Shown: one piece after another, positions 16,401 through 23,801 of the stretch | Layout of the letters: every line of letters starts with the position of its first letter | How positions within the stretch are numbered: the first letter of the stretch is position 1 | Notes under the pieces: model-generated | What the model was told of the DNA's origin: nothing | Database searches by the model: none | What the model saw: only the letters and a program-made list of their open reading frames with translations | Position numbers and translations under genes: made by a program | Assembly (NCBI GenBank): GCA_047651235.1 | Contig: CP178758.1 | Coordinates: 904,991 to 928,990 of the forward strand | Source of the DNA: Candidatus Electrothrix yaqonensis | GTDB lineage: Bacteria; Desulfobacterota; Desulfobulbia; Desulfobulbales; Desulfobulbaceae | Reading direction: 5' to 3' | Length of the DNA stretch: 24,000 bases

Positions 16401-16756
16401 GGGCCAACCTGCTGGACGAGCTGCAGAAGCCCTATGTGATTACGGCGCGGGCCAAGGGCCTCCGGCCCATGAAGCTGCTTGTCAAATATCCCATCCGCCT
16501 TGCCCTCAACCCGTTTATCTCCGGGATCGGCAGCATTTTCCCGGAACTCATCTCCGGCGGGGCCATCATCGCCATTGTCCTGAGCCTGCCCACCATTGAG
16601 CCCATGCAGCTCAATGCGGTCATGCAGCAGGACATGTATCTGGCCGGTTCTATCCTCATGCTCCTGAGTCTGCTCAGCGTGCTCGGCACCCTGTTCAGCG
16701 ATATCATGCTCCTCCTCCTTGATCCGCGCATCCGCACTGCCGGAGGCTGGAAATGA
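13427..16756 (+). CDS. Fusion protein: family-5 (Opp/Dpp/Nik-type) substrate-binding protein, an extra TM helix and an ABC permease (DppB/OppB-type)
   Basis: It starts with the signal/anchor MRNFFIRLPLRLILGVACIFLLFLGCS, which may contain a lipobox (LGC). SBP_bac_5-like motifs follow (VAKSWTISKDGRRFTFSLRKGMKWSDGQPFTSEDILYWW, NPYYWAVD). Next come a Pro/Ser/Ala linker and a hydrophobic helix, LVGTLIRYGIGLALLLQLILLIF (about 15653-15721). A canonical permease N-terminus then begins (FVGYRLLIMIPTLILISVITFVVIELPPGD), and the EAA loop is present (ITARAKGLRPMKLLVKYPIRLALNP). The frame is continuous throughout. I prefer the ATG at 13427 over the TTG at 13394. Confidence 0.85.
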   Translation: MRNFFIRLPLRLILGVACIFLLFLGCSFLFSPAPSDTEAQSSPDLEIQKAVQKVELAVLKDQSIDPDKIMRVQVEVDYDEGEEGAWYPKAESPVLTPLVEKGKLPPVAERVGEEPLVLKGLHGAAEYGGSMYRLNSVPAPRLTPINLVRFSPQGFPIVPNVAKSWTISKDGRRFTFSLRKGMKWSDGQPFTSEDILYWWRHEQCDKSVSPGGPAPLYVHHGKPMTVTAPDPQTIIFSFADPYFTFLEKLAASPGYYNASPRHFLQSYHPELGDPHLILDVMQTHNLVNKRAVYAMVSNRVERPSIGPWITRTEKMSSPETMVRNPYYWAVDTEGRQLPYIDRIVITEKSKDMVGISAAQGEVTVQARSIRNEEYTMLMRQRQTYGYQVHHWVQGKGSAWAMAFNLNRRIPEGDREAAHKAKLLADKRFRQALSLAVDRQTIIQALFGGEGEPHAVGPPPTSPFYFPELQQTYSRFDPAKANALFDALGLIERDRDGFRRFPDGPSLLFDINYCSFTGEGPGQFIVEDWRRVGIRARMRSQDRSIFYVEKLAGLHDITVWRGYGAYFPILDLRYYAPLNSESNFAIRYGSWYASGGLFKEDGTVRGTPPPKDHPLYQALLLNEQIKEAPTSAERRALFGELLKLAAENVYILDITTPLPALAVVKNGVKNVPIKGVYSWSFQSPANLGLETWCYAEPKMSAAEIRDITSELSHITPVRPLHSTGVQKPSASAVTAPASEPAASLVGTLIRYGIGLALLLQLILLIFRFPFVGYRLLIMIPTLILISVITFVVIELPPGDAISSKIMQMQEAGGEVNQKEIDEMKALFRIDESAWHRYAWWMGLDWFASREGRDEGLLQGNMGRSMMDLKPVNDKVDDRLLFTILISLGTILFTWAMALPIGIYSAVRQYSFFDYFFTVIGFIGMCIPGFLLALLLMFAAESWLGISVSGLFSPEYAVQSGWSQGKILDLLRHIWLPIFVQGVAGTAGMVRVMRANLLDELQKPYVITARAKGLRPMKLLVKYPIRLALNPFISGIGSIFPELISGGAIIAIVLSLPTIEPMQLNAVMQQDMYLAGSILMLLSLLSVLGTLFSDIMLLLLDPRIRTAGGWK

Positions 16757-17850
16757 ACAGGAACAAGGACATCGCCTCCCTGAGCCAGTGGCAGCTCATT
16801 GCCTTGCGCTTCAACCGGCACCGGCTGGCCACGGTCGCCCTGCTCCTGATCGGGGGGCTGTATACCTTAGCGTTTTTTGCCGACAGCTTTGCCGTCAACA
16901 CCCCCTATGATAAAGACGTGCGGTACATTTACGCGCCGCCCATGCTGCCCAAGTTCAGCCTGGAGCAGGGATTCTACGCAAATGCCTCTATCCAGCAGAC
17001 CGATCCTGTTACCCTGAGAAGGTCATATCAGTTCACCCCGGACACCTCTGTACCGTTAGGCTTTTTTGTCAAAGGTTATACATATAAATTGCTGGGCCTG
17101 ATTCCGACAGATATCCATTTTTTGGGGGTCCGCCAGAGAGGAGCAGATGCACCGAAATTCCTCCTTTTCGGCGGCGATAAATTCGGTCGGGATATCTTCA
17201 GCAGAATCCTGCTCGGCACCCGGATTTCTCTGTCCATCGGCGTGGCCGCCATTGTGATTTCCTTTGTCCTGGGCGTGAGCATCGGCGGCATGTCCGGCTA
17301 TTTCGGGGGCTGGACCGACACCCTGATTCAACGCCTGATCGAGGTGATTGATGCCTTTCCCAAGCTGCCCCTCTGGCTCTCCTTGGGAGCTGCTCTGCCC
17401 CGAAACTGGTCCAATCTTCAAGTCTATTTCGGCATCACTATCATCCTCTCGCTGGTGGGCTGGACCGGCATGGCCCGGGTTGTGCGTGGAAAAATTCTCA
17501 GCCTGCGGGAGGAGGATTACGCCTTGGCGGCCCGCCTGATGGGCGCCGGGCACAGCCGGATCATCTTCCGCCATCTTGTGCCCGGCTTTACCAGCCATAT
17601 CATCGTCTCGCTGACCATGACCGTGCCGGGAATGATCCTGGGCGAAACCAGCCTGTCTTTTCTCGGCCTGGGCCTGAAGCCGCCCATCATTAGCTGGGGC
17701 GTGATGCTCCAGGACTGCATGAGTATGCAGGTGGTGAAGAATTATCCTTGGCTGCTTCTGCCGGTGCTCATGATTATCCTGACCGTGCTCTGCTTCAACT
17801 TCATCGGCGACGGCCTCCGCGATGCCGCTGATCCTTATACTGCAAGCTGA
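16753..17850 (+). CDS. ABC transporter permease (DppC/OppC-type)
   Basis: It has an OppC-like N-terminal region and the membrane domain GGDKFGRDIFSRILLGTRISL...ARLMGAGHSRIIFRHLVPG. The ATGA overlaps the upstream stop codon. Confidence 0.9.
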   Translation: MNRNKDIASLSQWQLIALRFNRHRLATVALLLIGGLYTLAFFADSFAVNTPYDKDVRYIYAPPMLPKFSLEQGFYANASIQQTDPVTLRRSYQFTPDTSVPLGFFVKGYTYKLLGLIPTDIHFLGVRQRGADAPKFLLFGGDKFGRDIFSRILLGTRISLSIGVAAIVISFVLGVSIGGMSGYFGGWTDTLIQRLIEVIDAFPKLPLWLSLGAALPRNWSNLQVYFGITIILSLVGWTGMARVVRGKILSLREEDYALAARLMGAGHSRIIFRHLVPGFTSHIIVSLTMTVPGMILGETSLSFLGLGLKPPIISWGVMLQDCMSMQVVKNYPWLLLPVLMIILTVLCFNFIGDGLRDAADPYTAS

Positions 17851-17864
17851 CTGCGAGATCGTCT

Positions 17865-18878
17865 ATGTCGGAAAATGTTCTGGAAATAAAAAACCTGCGG
17901 GTTGCCTTCCGCTTGGAAGAAGGCGAGATCCATGCTGTGCAGGATGTCTCGCTCGCCATCCCGCGCGGTAAGATTGTCGCCCTGGTCGGTGAATCAGGCT
18001 GCGGCAAGAGTGTCACCGGTCTCTCCATTCTCCGCCTGATTCAGCGGCCCGGTGAAATCACCGGCGGCGAGATGCTTTTCAACGGTCAGGACGGCAGAAG
18101 CGTTGATATTGCCCGGCTGAGAGAGAAGGACAAGGAGCTGTACTCCCTTCGCGGTAATCGGATTTCGATGATTTTTCAGGAGCCCATGACCGCGCTTTCG
18201 CCGGTGCATACCATCGGCAACCAGCTCTGTGAGGTTCTGCTTCTCCACCGGAAGGTGCGCAAAAGACAGGCGGAAAGAAAGGCCATGATGATGTTGGGGC
18301 GGGTCGGTTTTCCTGCCCCGGAACGGAGCCTCCGGCAGTATCCTTTTGAGCTGTCCGGCGGAATGCGCCAGCGGGTGGTGATCGCTATGGCCCTGCTGGC
18401 GGAACCGGAACTGCTGATCGCCGATGAGCCGACCACTGCCCTTGATGTGACCATCCAAGCGCAGATTCTGGCCCTGATGCATCGGCTCCAGCGGGAGGAA
18501 GGCAATTCCGTCCTCCTTATCACCCATGACCTCGGCGTGGTGGCCCAGGTCGCTGATGCAGTGGCGGTCATGTACCTTGGCCGCATCGTTGAAAAAGGCC
18601 CCATGCGCGACATCATGCAGTCGCCCCTGCACCCCTACACCCAGGGGCTGCTCCAATCCCTGCCTGGTCTGCACTTGGAGCATAAACGCCTTCCCGCCAT
18701 CAAAGGAACCGTGCCGGGCCTGAACGAGCTGCCCGAGGGCTGCCCGTTTCATCCCCGCTGTCCGCATTGCACAGCCGGTCTTTGTGACGGCCAGGCTGTG
18801 CCGTCTCCTGAAGCCTTTGGCCCGGAACGGGAAGCAGCCTGTTTCCGCATCAACAAACTGCAGGGAGTGCCGATATGA
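17865..18878 (+). CDS. ABC transporter ATP-binding protein (DppD/OppD-type)
   Basis: Walker A is GESGCGKS, the signature is LSGGMRQRV and Walker B is LLIADEPTTALD. The oligopeptide-type C-terminal extension carries CPFHPRCPHCTAGLC. Confidence 0.9.
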   Translation: MSENVLEIKNLRVAFRLEEGEIHAVQDVSLAIPRGKIVALVGESGCGKSVTGLSILRLIQRPGEITGGEMLFNGQDGRSVDIARLREKDKELYSLRGNRISMIFQEPMTALSPVHTIGNQLCEVLLLHRKVRKRQAERKAMMMLGRVGFPAPERSLRQYPFELSGGMRQRVVIAMALLAEPELLIADEPTTALDVTIQAQILALMHRLQREEGNSVLLITHDLGVVAQVADAVAVMYLGRIVEKGPMRDIMQSPLHPYTQGLLQSLPGLHLEHKRLPAIKGTVPGLNELPEGCPFHPRCPHCTAGLCDGQAVPSPEAFGPEREAACFRINKLQGVPI

Positions 18879-19882
18879 GCCTCCCTCTGCTCAGGGTCAG
18901 GAACCTGAAAAAATATTTCCCCGTCTGCAGCAAAGGCTTCTTCAAAAGGCGGCTGGGCATAGTCAGGGCCGTGAACAAGATCAGCTTCACCCTCGATGCC
19001 AAGGAAACCCTTGGACTGGTCGGTGAGTCAGGCTGCGGAAAAACCACCACAGCGCGCACCATCCTGCGGGCCGTCACGCCGACCGAAGGAAACATTTTCT
19101 TTGACCACAGTGGCACAGGTGAAGCTGTTGATCTAGCCGGTCTGCGCGAAGCCGGGCTGAAGCCGCTCCGCCAGCATATGCAGATGATTTTCCAGGATCC
19201 CTTCAGCTCGCTTAACCCGCGCATGACTGTGGGGCAGATTATTGCCGAGCCCATGCGGATCCATAAATTGGCTAAAGGGAGTGAGCTTGACGACCGGGTT
19301 GAGGCAATCCTGAAAAAGGTGGGGCTGAAACCGGAGCATAAGGCCCGCTATCCCCATGCCTTCAGCGGCGGCCAACGGCAGCGTATCGGCATTGCCCGGG
19401 CGCTCATCATGGAGCCTGCCTTAGTGGTTGCCGATGAGGCTGTTTCAGCCCTTGATGTTTCGGTCCAGGCCCAGGTTATCAACCTGCTGGACGACCTGCA
19501 GGATGAGTTCGGAGTGGCCTACCTCTTTATTGCCCATGACCTGGGCGTGGTCCGCCATATCTGCGACCGGGTCGCGGTCATGTACGCCGGACGGATCGTC
19601 GAGATGGCCCGGACCAAAGACCTCTTCAATAATCCCCTGCATCCCTACACGCAACTGCTGCTGGCCTCGGTGCCCAGTCCTGATCCGGACGTCATAATGA
19701 AGATGGAAGAGTTCAGCGAAGTTGCCTATACCGGCAACCTGCCTTTCGGCTGCGCATTTCAGCCCCGCTGCGGACAATGCTCGGACGGCTGCCAGAGCGG
19801 CATTCCTGAGCTACTTGAAGTGGAAGCAGGGCATTTTGTGGCCTGTCTGTTGCGCAGGGGCAGCAAGGTATCCGGCAGATAG
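18875..19882 (+). CDS. ABC transporter ATP-binding protein (DppF/OppF-type)
   Basis: Walker A is GESGCGKT, the signature is FSGGQRQRI and Walker B is LVVADEAVSALD. The C-terminal extension carries CAFQPRCGQCSDGC. The ATGA overlaps the upstream gene. Confidence 0.9.
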   Translation: MSLPLLRVRNLKKYFPVCSKGFFKRRLGIVRAVNKISFTLDAKETLGLVGESGCGKTTTARTILRAVTPTEGNIFFDHSGTGEAVDLAGLREAGLKPLRQHMQMIFQDPFSSLNPRMTVGQIIAEPMRIHKLAKGSELDDRVEAILKKVGLKPEHKARYPHAFSGGQRQRIGIARALIMEPALVVADEAVSALDVSVQAQVINLLDDLQDEFGVAYLFIAHDLGVVRHICDRVAVMYAGRIVEMARTKDLFNNPLHPYTQLLLASVPSPDPDVIMKMEEFSEVAYTGNLPFGCAFQPRCGQCSDGCQSGIPELLEVEAGHFVACLLRRGSKVSGR

Positions 19883-20026
19883 GCGGAGGAAACATACCTC
19901 CGAAAACGGAGGCATGCAGAAATGAAAACAGGACTGACTGATCATTTATGGACGCTCAAAGAGCTTTTCGCAACGACCGTTCTCGGTCGGCAACATTCAA
20001 CAACTCACCAGGGTGACTGTCGAAAA

Positions 20027-20482
20027 ATGAAATTCAAATTTACCCTTCTGTTCTTTGCAATATCAACTCTGCTGTTTGTAGTTGAAATTATTTTCAATTG
20101 TGATTTGATTGAAATCATCTATACAATGCACAGTAATATGCTGGATCGGTGCGCTTCAGTTGCTGTTTTAGCGGCAACCGGCTTGGTGATCGATTATATT
20201 ATCAGCATAAAACGCAGAAAAGAACGCGAGAAAGTAGCAGCATATAATGCCGCCATGAGAGCAGCCAACCAGCTGCTGCGTGATTTGATGAACAGCATGA
20301 TTATATTGTCCGCCTCAGAATCTGTAAAAGAAGAATTCGGTGATGACATTTCAGAGATAATAAACAAAAACATTAAAGATATGGAGCAAGTCCTCGAAGC
20401 CCTGACCGGTCTGAAAGAAATTACTCCGGAGATGATCAGGGAGATATCTGCTCCCTCGTATGCGGAAAATGAATCAGACTGA
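20027..20482 (+). CDS. Hypothetical 151-aa membrane protein (two N-terminal TM helices plus a helical cytoplasmic tail) in a low-GC islet
   Basis: MKFKFTLLFFAISTLLFVVEIIF... and CASVAVLAATGLVIDYIISI are hydrophobic helices. The remainder is charged and helical. I recognise no family. The ORF-track start at 19922 adds 35 residues that look like a transposase-tail remnant rather than part of this protein. The SD is weak. Confidence 0.5.
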   Translation: MKFKFTLLFFAISTLLFVVEIIFNCDLIEIIYTMHSNMLDRCASVAVLAATGLVIDYIISIKRRKEREKVAAYNAAMRAANQLLRDLMNSMIILSASESVKEEFGDDISEIINKNIKDMEQVLEALTGLKEITPEMIREISAPSYAENESD

Positions 20483-20507
20483 ACCGGAGTTCATTGTCCT
20501 GGAGGGT

Positions 20508-20534
20508 TATCTGAATTATCTGAATTATCTGAAA
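20508..20534. repeat. Intergenic 9-bp tandem repeat (tatctgaat, about 3 copies)
   Basis: Read directly: tatctgaat tatctgaat tatctgaaa. Confidence 0.8.
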
Positions 20535-20674
20535 ACAGTATTGTACAGCAAGGGTGCAAAAAAATAACAATGAAGTCCATCAATCCATTACTGTTTATCG
20601 GCATGATCGGCGTTTTTACCATAGGAAGCAGTCTTGCTGCTGATCTCATGCAGGTATTTTACGGGGACTAGGAT

Positions 20675-20998
20675 ATGTACTGGACGCATAAGGATAAGCC
20701 GTTGCCCCTTGAAAAAACCGGGGAACACTTTCAGATCTTTATCGGGGGGAAACCTCTGCAGGATCATCTGGACGGACAAACATTTTTTGCTGCGGATGCG
20801 GAGCTGGTGCCGTATCCGGTTGTTTCACAAGATGTTACAGTTCGGGTAAATAACTGGCATAAAGTAAAAGCGAGGACTCTGACTAAAACAACAATTACCG
20901 GTTTTGTATTCGGGGTTAACCTGACATTGATGATTGTGGGCTTGGTACAGACCTGTCTTCAGCGGAAGAAAAAGGCCGGTAATCGTCCAAGACGTTAA
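20675..20998 (+). CDS. Hypothetical 107-aa protein with a C-terminal TM anchor and basic tail; probably the downstream part of a gene interrupted by an in-frame TAG at 20669-20671
   Basis: The ORF ends in TGFVFGVNLTLMIVGLVQTCL-QRKKKAGNRPRR and stops 8 nt before sulP. In the same frame, 20570-20668 encodes a textbook Sec signal peptide (MKSINPLLFIGMIGVFTIGSSLAADLMQVFYGD), followed by TAG and one more codon before this ATG. See the findings. Confidence 0.5.
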   Translation: MYWTHKDKPLPLEKTGEHFQIFIGGKPLQDHLDGQTFFAADAELVPYPVVSQDVTVRVNNWHKVKARTLTKTTITGFVFGVNLTLMIVGLVQTCLQRKKKAGNRPRR

Positions 20999-21006
20999 GG
21001 GAAAAT

Positions 21007-22710
21007 ATGTTTTCCGCATTGAAAAAATCATTACACAGTAAACCATCGTATGCGGACATCCAAGCGAATGTGCTGGCAGGCTTGACGGTCGGCGTTATTG
21101 CACTTCCGCTTTCAATGGCTCTGGCGATTGCCAGTGGTGTTCCACCCCAGCATGGCCTGTACACAGCAATGGTTGCCGGGATTGTTATTGCACTTACCGG
21201 TGGTTCAAAGGTCAACATCTCCGGGCCGACCGCAGCGTTTGTGGTCATTCTGCTGCCCATTGTGCAGAAATTCGGTATAGGGGGGCTGCTTGTCAGCGGT
21301 ATGATGGCAGGGATGATCCTTATCCTGCTGGGTATAGGAAAACTCGGCAGGCTGATTGAAATTGTTCCGTATCCCGTGACGGTAGGATTTACCGCAGGCA
21401 TCGGCGTGGTGATCGGTACTTTTCAGATAAAGGATTTTTTCGGCCTGCAGATAGAATCAACGGGCGGCCATTATCTCGACAAACTGTCGGTTATCCTGCA
21501 GGCATTGCCATCGATAAACTGGCAGGAAACGTTCATCGGGGTTTTGACCCTGGCAGTCCTGCTGATCTGGCCGCGATTCCGCTCAAAGGTTCCCGGTCAT
21601 CTCATTGCCCTGTTGATAGGCAGTCTGACGGCCTGGCTGTTCAGCCGCTTCATTCCGGATTTTTCCGTTGCGACCATCGGCAGTCGATTTCAGTTTGAAA
21701 TAAACGGGATAACGGGTAATGGAATCCCCCCCATCCTGCCCTCCTTTGAATGGCCGTGGAATTTGCCCGGTGCCGATGGAAAACCCATCGGGTTGGATTT
21801 TGCTCTGGTCAGATCGCTTTTTCCGTCAGCAATGACGATAGCTATTTTAGGCGCTCTGGAATCCCTGTTATGCGCGGTAGTCGCCGACGGGATGTCCGGG
21901 AAAAAACACAATCCCAACGATGAGCTTATCGGTCAGGGGATCGGAAATCTGCTCGTGCCGCTCTTCGGGGGGATTCCGGCGACCGCTGCAATTGCCCGGA
22001 CAGCAGCCAATATCAAAGCGGGCGGCAGTATGCCGTTGGCCTCGGTTGTTCATGGTTTGTTTATCCTGATCGGGATATTGCTGCTTGCTCCTTTGTTATC
22101 CTACATCCCCATGGCTTCAATGGCAGCCTTACTTTTGATGGTTGCATGGAATATGAGTGAGGCCAAGCACTTTATGCGCACAGTCAAGATAGCACCCAGA
22201 CAGGATGTCTTTGTCCTGATTATCTGTTTTCTTTTAACTGTGCTGTTTGATATGACCGTCGCCGTCGCCGTGGGCATGGGGTTGGCAGCGGTATTATTTA
22301 TTCGAAGAACTATCAGCCTGATGCAGACTTCTGCAATTGAAAGCAGTCATGCAAAACGTGAACTTCCGAGGAATACGGTGATTTACGATATTAACGGCCC
22401 GTTATTTTTCGGCTCTGCGCAGAAAGCCCTAAAGACGATTTCAATGGTACGACCTGATGTGCGGGTCGTGATCCTGGATATGTCGGAGGTCACCATGCTG
22501 GATATGAGCGCCATTGTTGCTATGGAATCGATAGCAAATGATTTATCAGCAAGAAATATAGGTTTAATTATAAATAACCTGCAGCCCCGTATGATATTGA
22601 AGCTCAGGCGTGCCGGGATACGAAAGAGAATCGGCAGGGTGGCCTTTTCACGATCCCTTGAAGATGGTTTTGAGGCAGCAAAAAAGATGCTCACGTTGCC
22701 GCCCGCGTGA
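21007..22710 (+). CDS. SulP-family anion transporter with a C-terminal STAS domain (DauA/YchM-like)
   Basis: ANVLAGLTVGVIALPLSMALAIASGVPPQHGLYTAMVAGIVIALTGGS is the SulP signature region. It has about 11-12 TM segments. The STAS-like tail reads VIYDINGPLFFGSAQK...VVILDMSEVTMLDMSAI. The SD is AAGGGA. Confidence 0.95.
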   Translation: MFSALKKSLHSKPSYADIQANVLAGLTVGVIALPLSMALAIASGVPPQHGLYTAMVAGIVIALTGGSKVNISGPTAAFVVILLPIVQKFGIGGLLVSGMMAGMILILLGIGKLGRLIEIVPYPVTVGFTAGIGVVIGTFQIKDFFGLQIESTGGHYLDKLSVILQALPSINWQETFIGVLTLAVLLIWPRFRSKVPGHLIALLIGSLTAWLFSRFIPDFSVATIGSRFQFEINGITGNGIPPILPSFEWPWNLPGADGKPIGLDFALVRSLFPSAMTIAILGALESLLCAVVADGMSGKKHNPNDELIGQGIGNLLVPLFGGIPATAAIARTAANIKAGGSMPLASVVHGLFILIGILLLAPLLSYIPMASMAALLLMVAWNMSEAKHFMRTVKIAPRQDVFVLIICFLLTVLFDMTVAVAVGMGLAAVLFIRRTISLMQTSAIESSHAKRELPRNTVIYDINGPLFFGSAQKALKTISMVRPDVRVVILDMSEVTMLDMSAIVAMESIANDLSARNIGLIINNLQPRMILKLRRAGIRKRIGRVAFSRSLEDGFEAAKKMLTLPPA

Positions 22711-22856
22711 ATGACCGGAGTAAATTCCGCAGGGTGACAGGGAAAGCAGAAAAAGAGACCATTTTCTTGTAACCGTGACCTTTTATCCAATATTCAGTGC
22801 CGATCAACAAAAAGTGATGGGCGGTAAGGGAGCCCAACGTTTTCTGCGGAAAACAG

Positions 22857-22886
22857 TTGACAGCACCTTTCCGGAAATGGTAGATA
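22857..22886 (+). promoter_or_regulatory. Candidate promoter for tRNA-Pro (TTGACA-N18-TAGATA)
   Basis: TTGACA is at 22857-22862 and TAGATA at 22881-22886, about 27 nt upstream of the mature tRNA 5' end. Confidence 0.3.
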
Positions 22887-22912
22887 AATGCATTCTCGAA
22901 AGAATGATATAT

Positions 22913-22989
22913 CGGAACGTAGCGCAGTCTGGTAGCGCACCTGAATGGGGTTCAGGGGGTCGGAGGTTCAAATCCTCTCGTTCCGACCA
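22913..22989 (+). tRNA. tRNA-Pro (anticodon GGG), CCA encoded
   Basis: The sequence folds by hand into a cloverleaf. The acceptor is CGGAACG/CGTTCCG, the D arm is GCGC-AGTCTGGTA-GCGC, and the anticodon arm is CCTGA-ATGGGGT-TCAGG with U33, GGG at 34-36 and G37. The T arm is GGAGG-TTCAAAT-CCTCT, followed by ACCA. It is nearly identical in its arms to the E. coli proL tRNA as I remember it. Confidence 0.95.
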
Positions 22990-22997
22990 GCAATATC

Positions 22998-23035
22998 AAG
23001 GAGTTAAATGGCAACGCTTAACTCCTTTTTTGTTT
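22998..23035 (+). terminator. Rho-independent terminator after tRNA-Pro
   Basis: A perfect 10-bp stem, aaggagttaa (22998-23007) / ttaactcctt (23018-23027), has a 10-nt loop and is followed by a ttttgttt tract. Confidence 0.7.
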
Positions 23036-23459
23036 AAAGGTTCCAAAAAGGTTCCACTGGCACACCCTCTGAGAGTTTTTAAAGGCTCATCCTCTTACTC
23101 ACAATCCCACCAGTTTCCCGGCAAGATGTAACAAACGCAAAACCACCATTTCAAAAAAGCTCCCGTGAACATCCCTTCCAAGAACATCACCCCGAATATC
23201 AGCCAGGTTTTCAAAGCGGATCAAAAAGAACGGGTGGACTCCCCCTTTTTCTTGGTGGAGTCTCTGCGCTATGGGTGTACAGGTCTGCACAGGAAGTGGA
23301 GTTCTAAACGGTTGATGAAGTCACCGGACTATACAACGGATTGGGGAGAATTGCCGGTTGCCAAGGCATGAAAAACCCATTGCCCCGAAATCAACCTTTG
23401 GCAGCCCCACGTTCTGAGATTGAGCAGGGCGCACCGGAGGGAGAGAGGGGGGGGAGTTC

Positions 23460-23801
23460 CTACGGCAGCTCTTCACGTTCAAGAAGCCGGTTGACCGCCT
23501 CTTTCAGCGCAGGCAAATCCTGTTCCACCGTCATCCAGACTTCGGCCATGTCCACGCCGTCATACTGATGAATGAGCACATCCCGGAAGCCTGCAATCTC
23601 TTTCCAGGGGATATGCGGCACAAGTTGGCGGACTTCTTCGGAAATGCGTTTAGCAGCTTCGCCGATAATCTCAAAATTGCGGATAACCGCATCCTGTGTT
23701 TTGCCGTCCGCTGAAAATGTGGATTCCCCGTCCCCGGTGTATTCCTCTATCTTTTCGATGCACTCCCGGATATGGATGAGATACAGCCGTTGATCCTTCA
23801 T
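23460..23801 (-). CDS. hepT: HepT-family (DUF86, HEPN) toxin of a type VII toxin-antitoxin pair
   Basis: A 113-aa protein with the R-x4-H-x-Y HEPN motif (FRDVLIHQY). Its ATG overlaps the stop of the upstream nucleotidyltransferase gene (ATGA). Confidence 0.85.
   Translation of the reverse strand: MKDQRLYLIHIRECIEKIEEYTGDGESTFSADGKTQDAVIRNFEIIGEAAKRISEEVRQLVPHIPWKEIAGFRDVLIHQYDGVDMAEVWMTVEQDLPALKEAVNRLLEREELP

Noticed and set aside
17994-18767. A 257-aa minus-strand ORF, plus the nested 18176-18616 ORF
   Set aside because: Both are antisense to the DppD-type ATPase, which carries Walker A, signature and Walker B motifs. They are shadow ORFs.
20916-21401. A 161-aa minus-strand ORF
   Set aside because: It is antisense to the 5' end of the SulP transporter gene and to the end of the 107-aa ORF. 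Its product is Pro/Ser/Ile-rich with no motif.
22775-23131. A 118-aa plus-strand ORF
   Set aside because: It reads straight through the tRNA-Pro gene and its terminator. It is an artefact of the ORF caller.
23099-23371. Short ORFs after the tRNA (63 aa on the minus strand, 68 aa on the plus strand) and a possible tyrosine-recombinase fragment (..LRYGCTGLHRKW..)
   Set aside because: The similarity is a single weak motif from memory. There is no extended frame, no catalytic R..HxxR..Y pattern and no SD. I kept it only as a hint in the island-edge finding.
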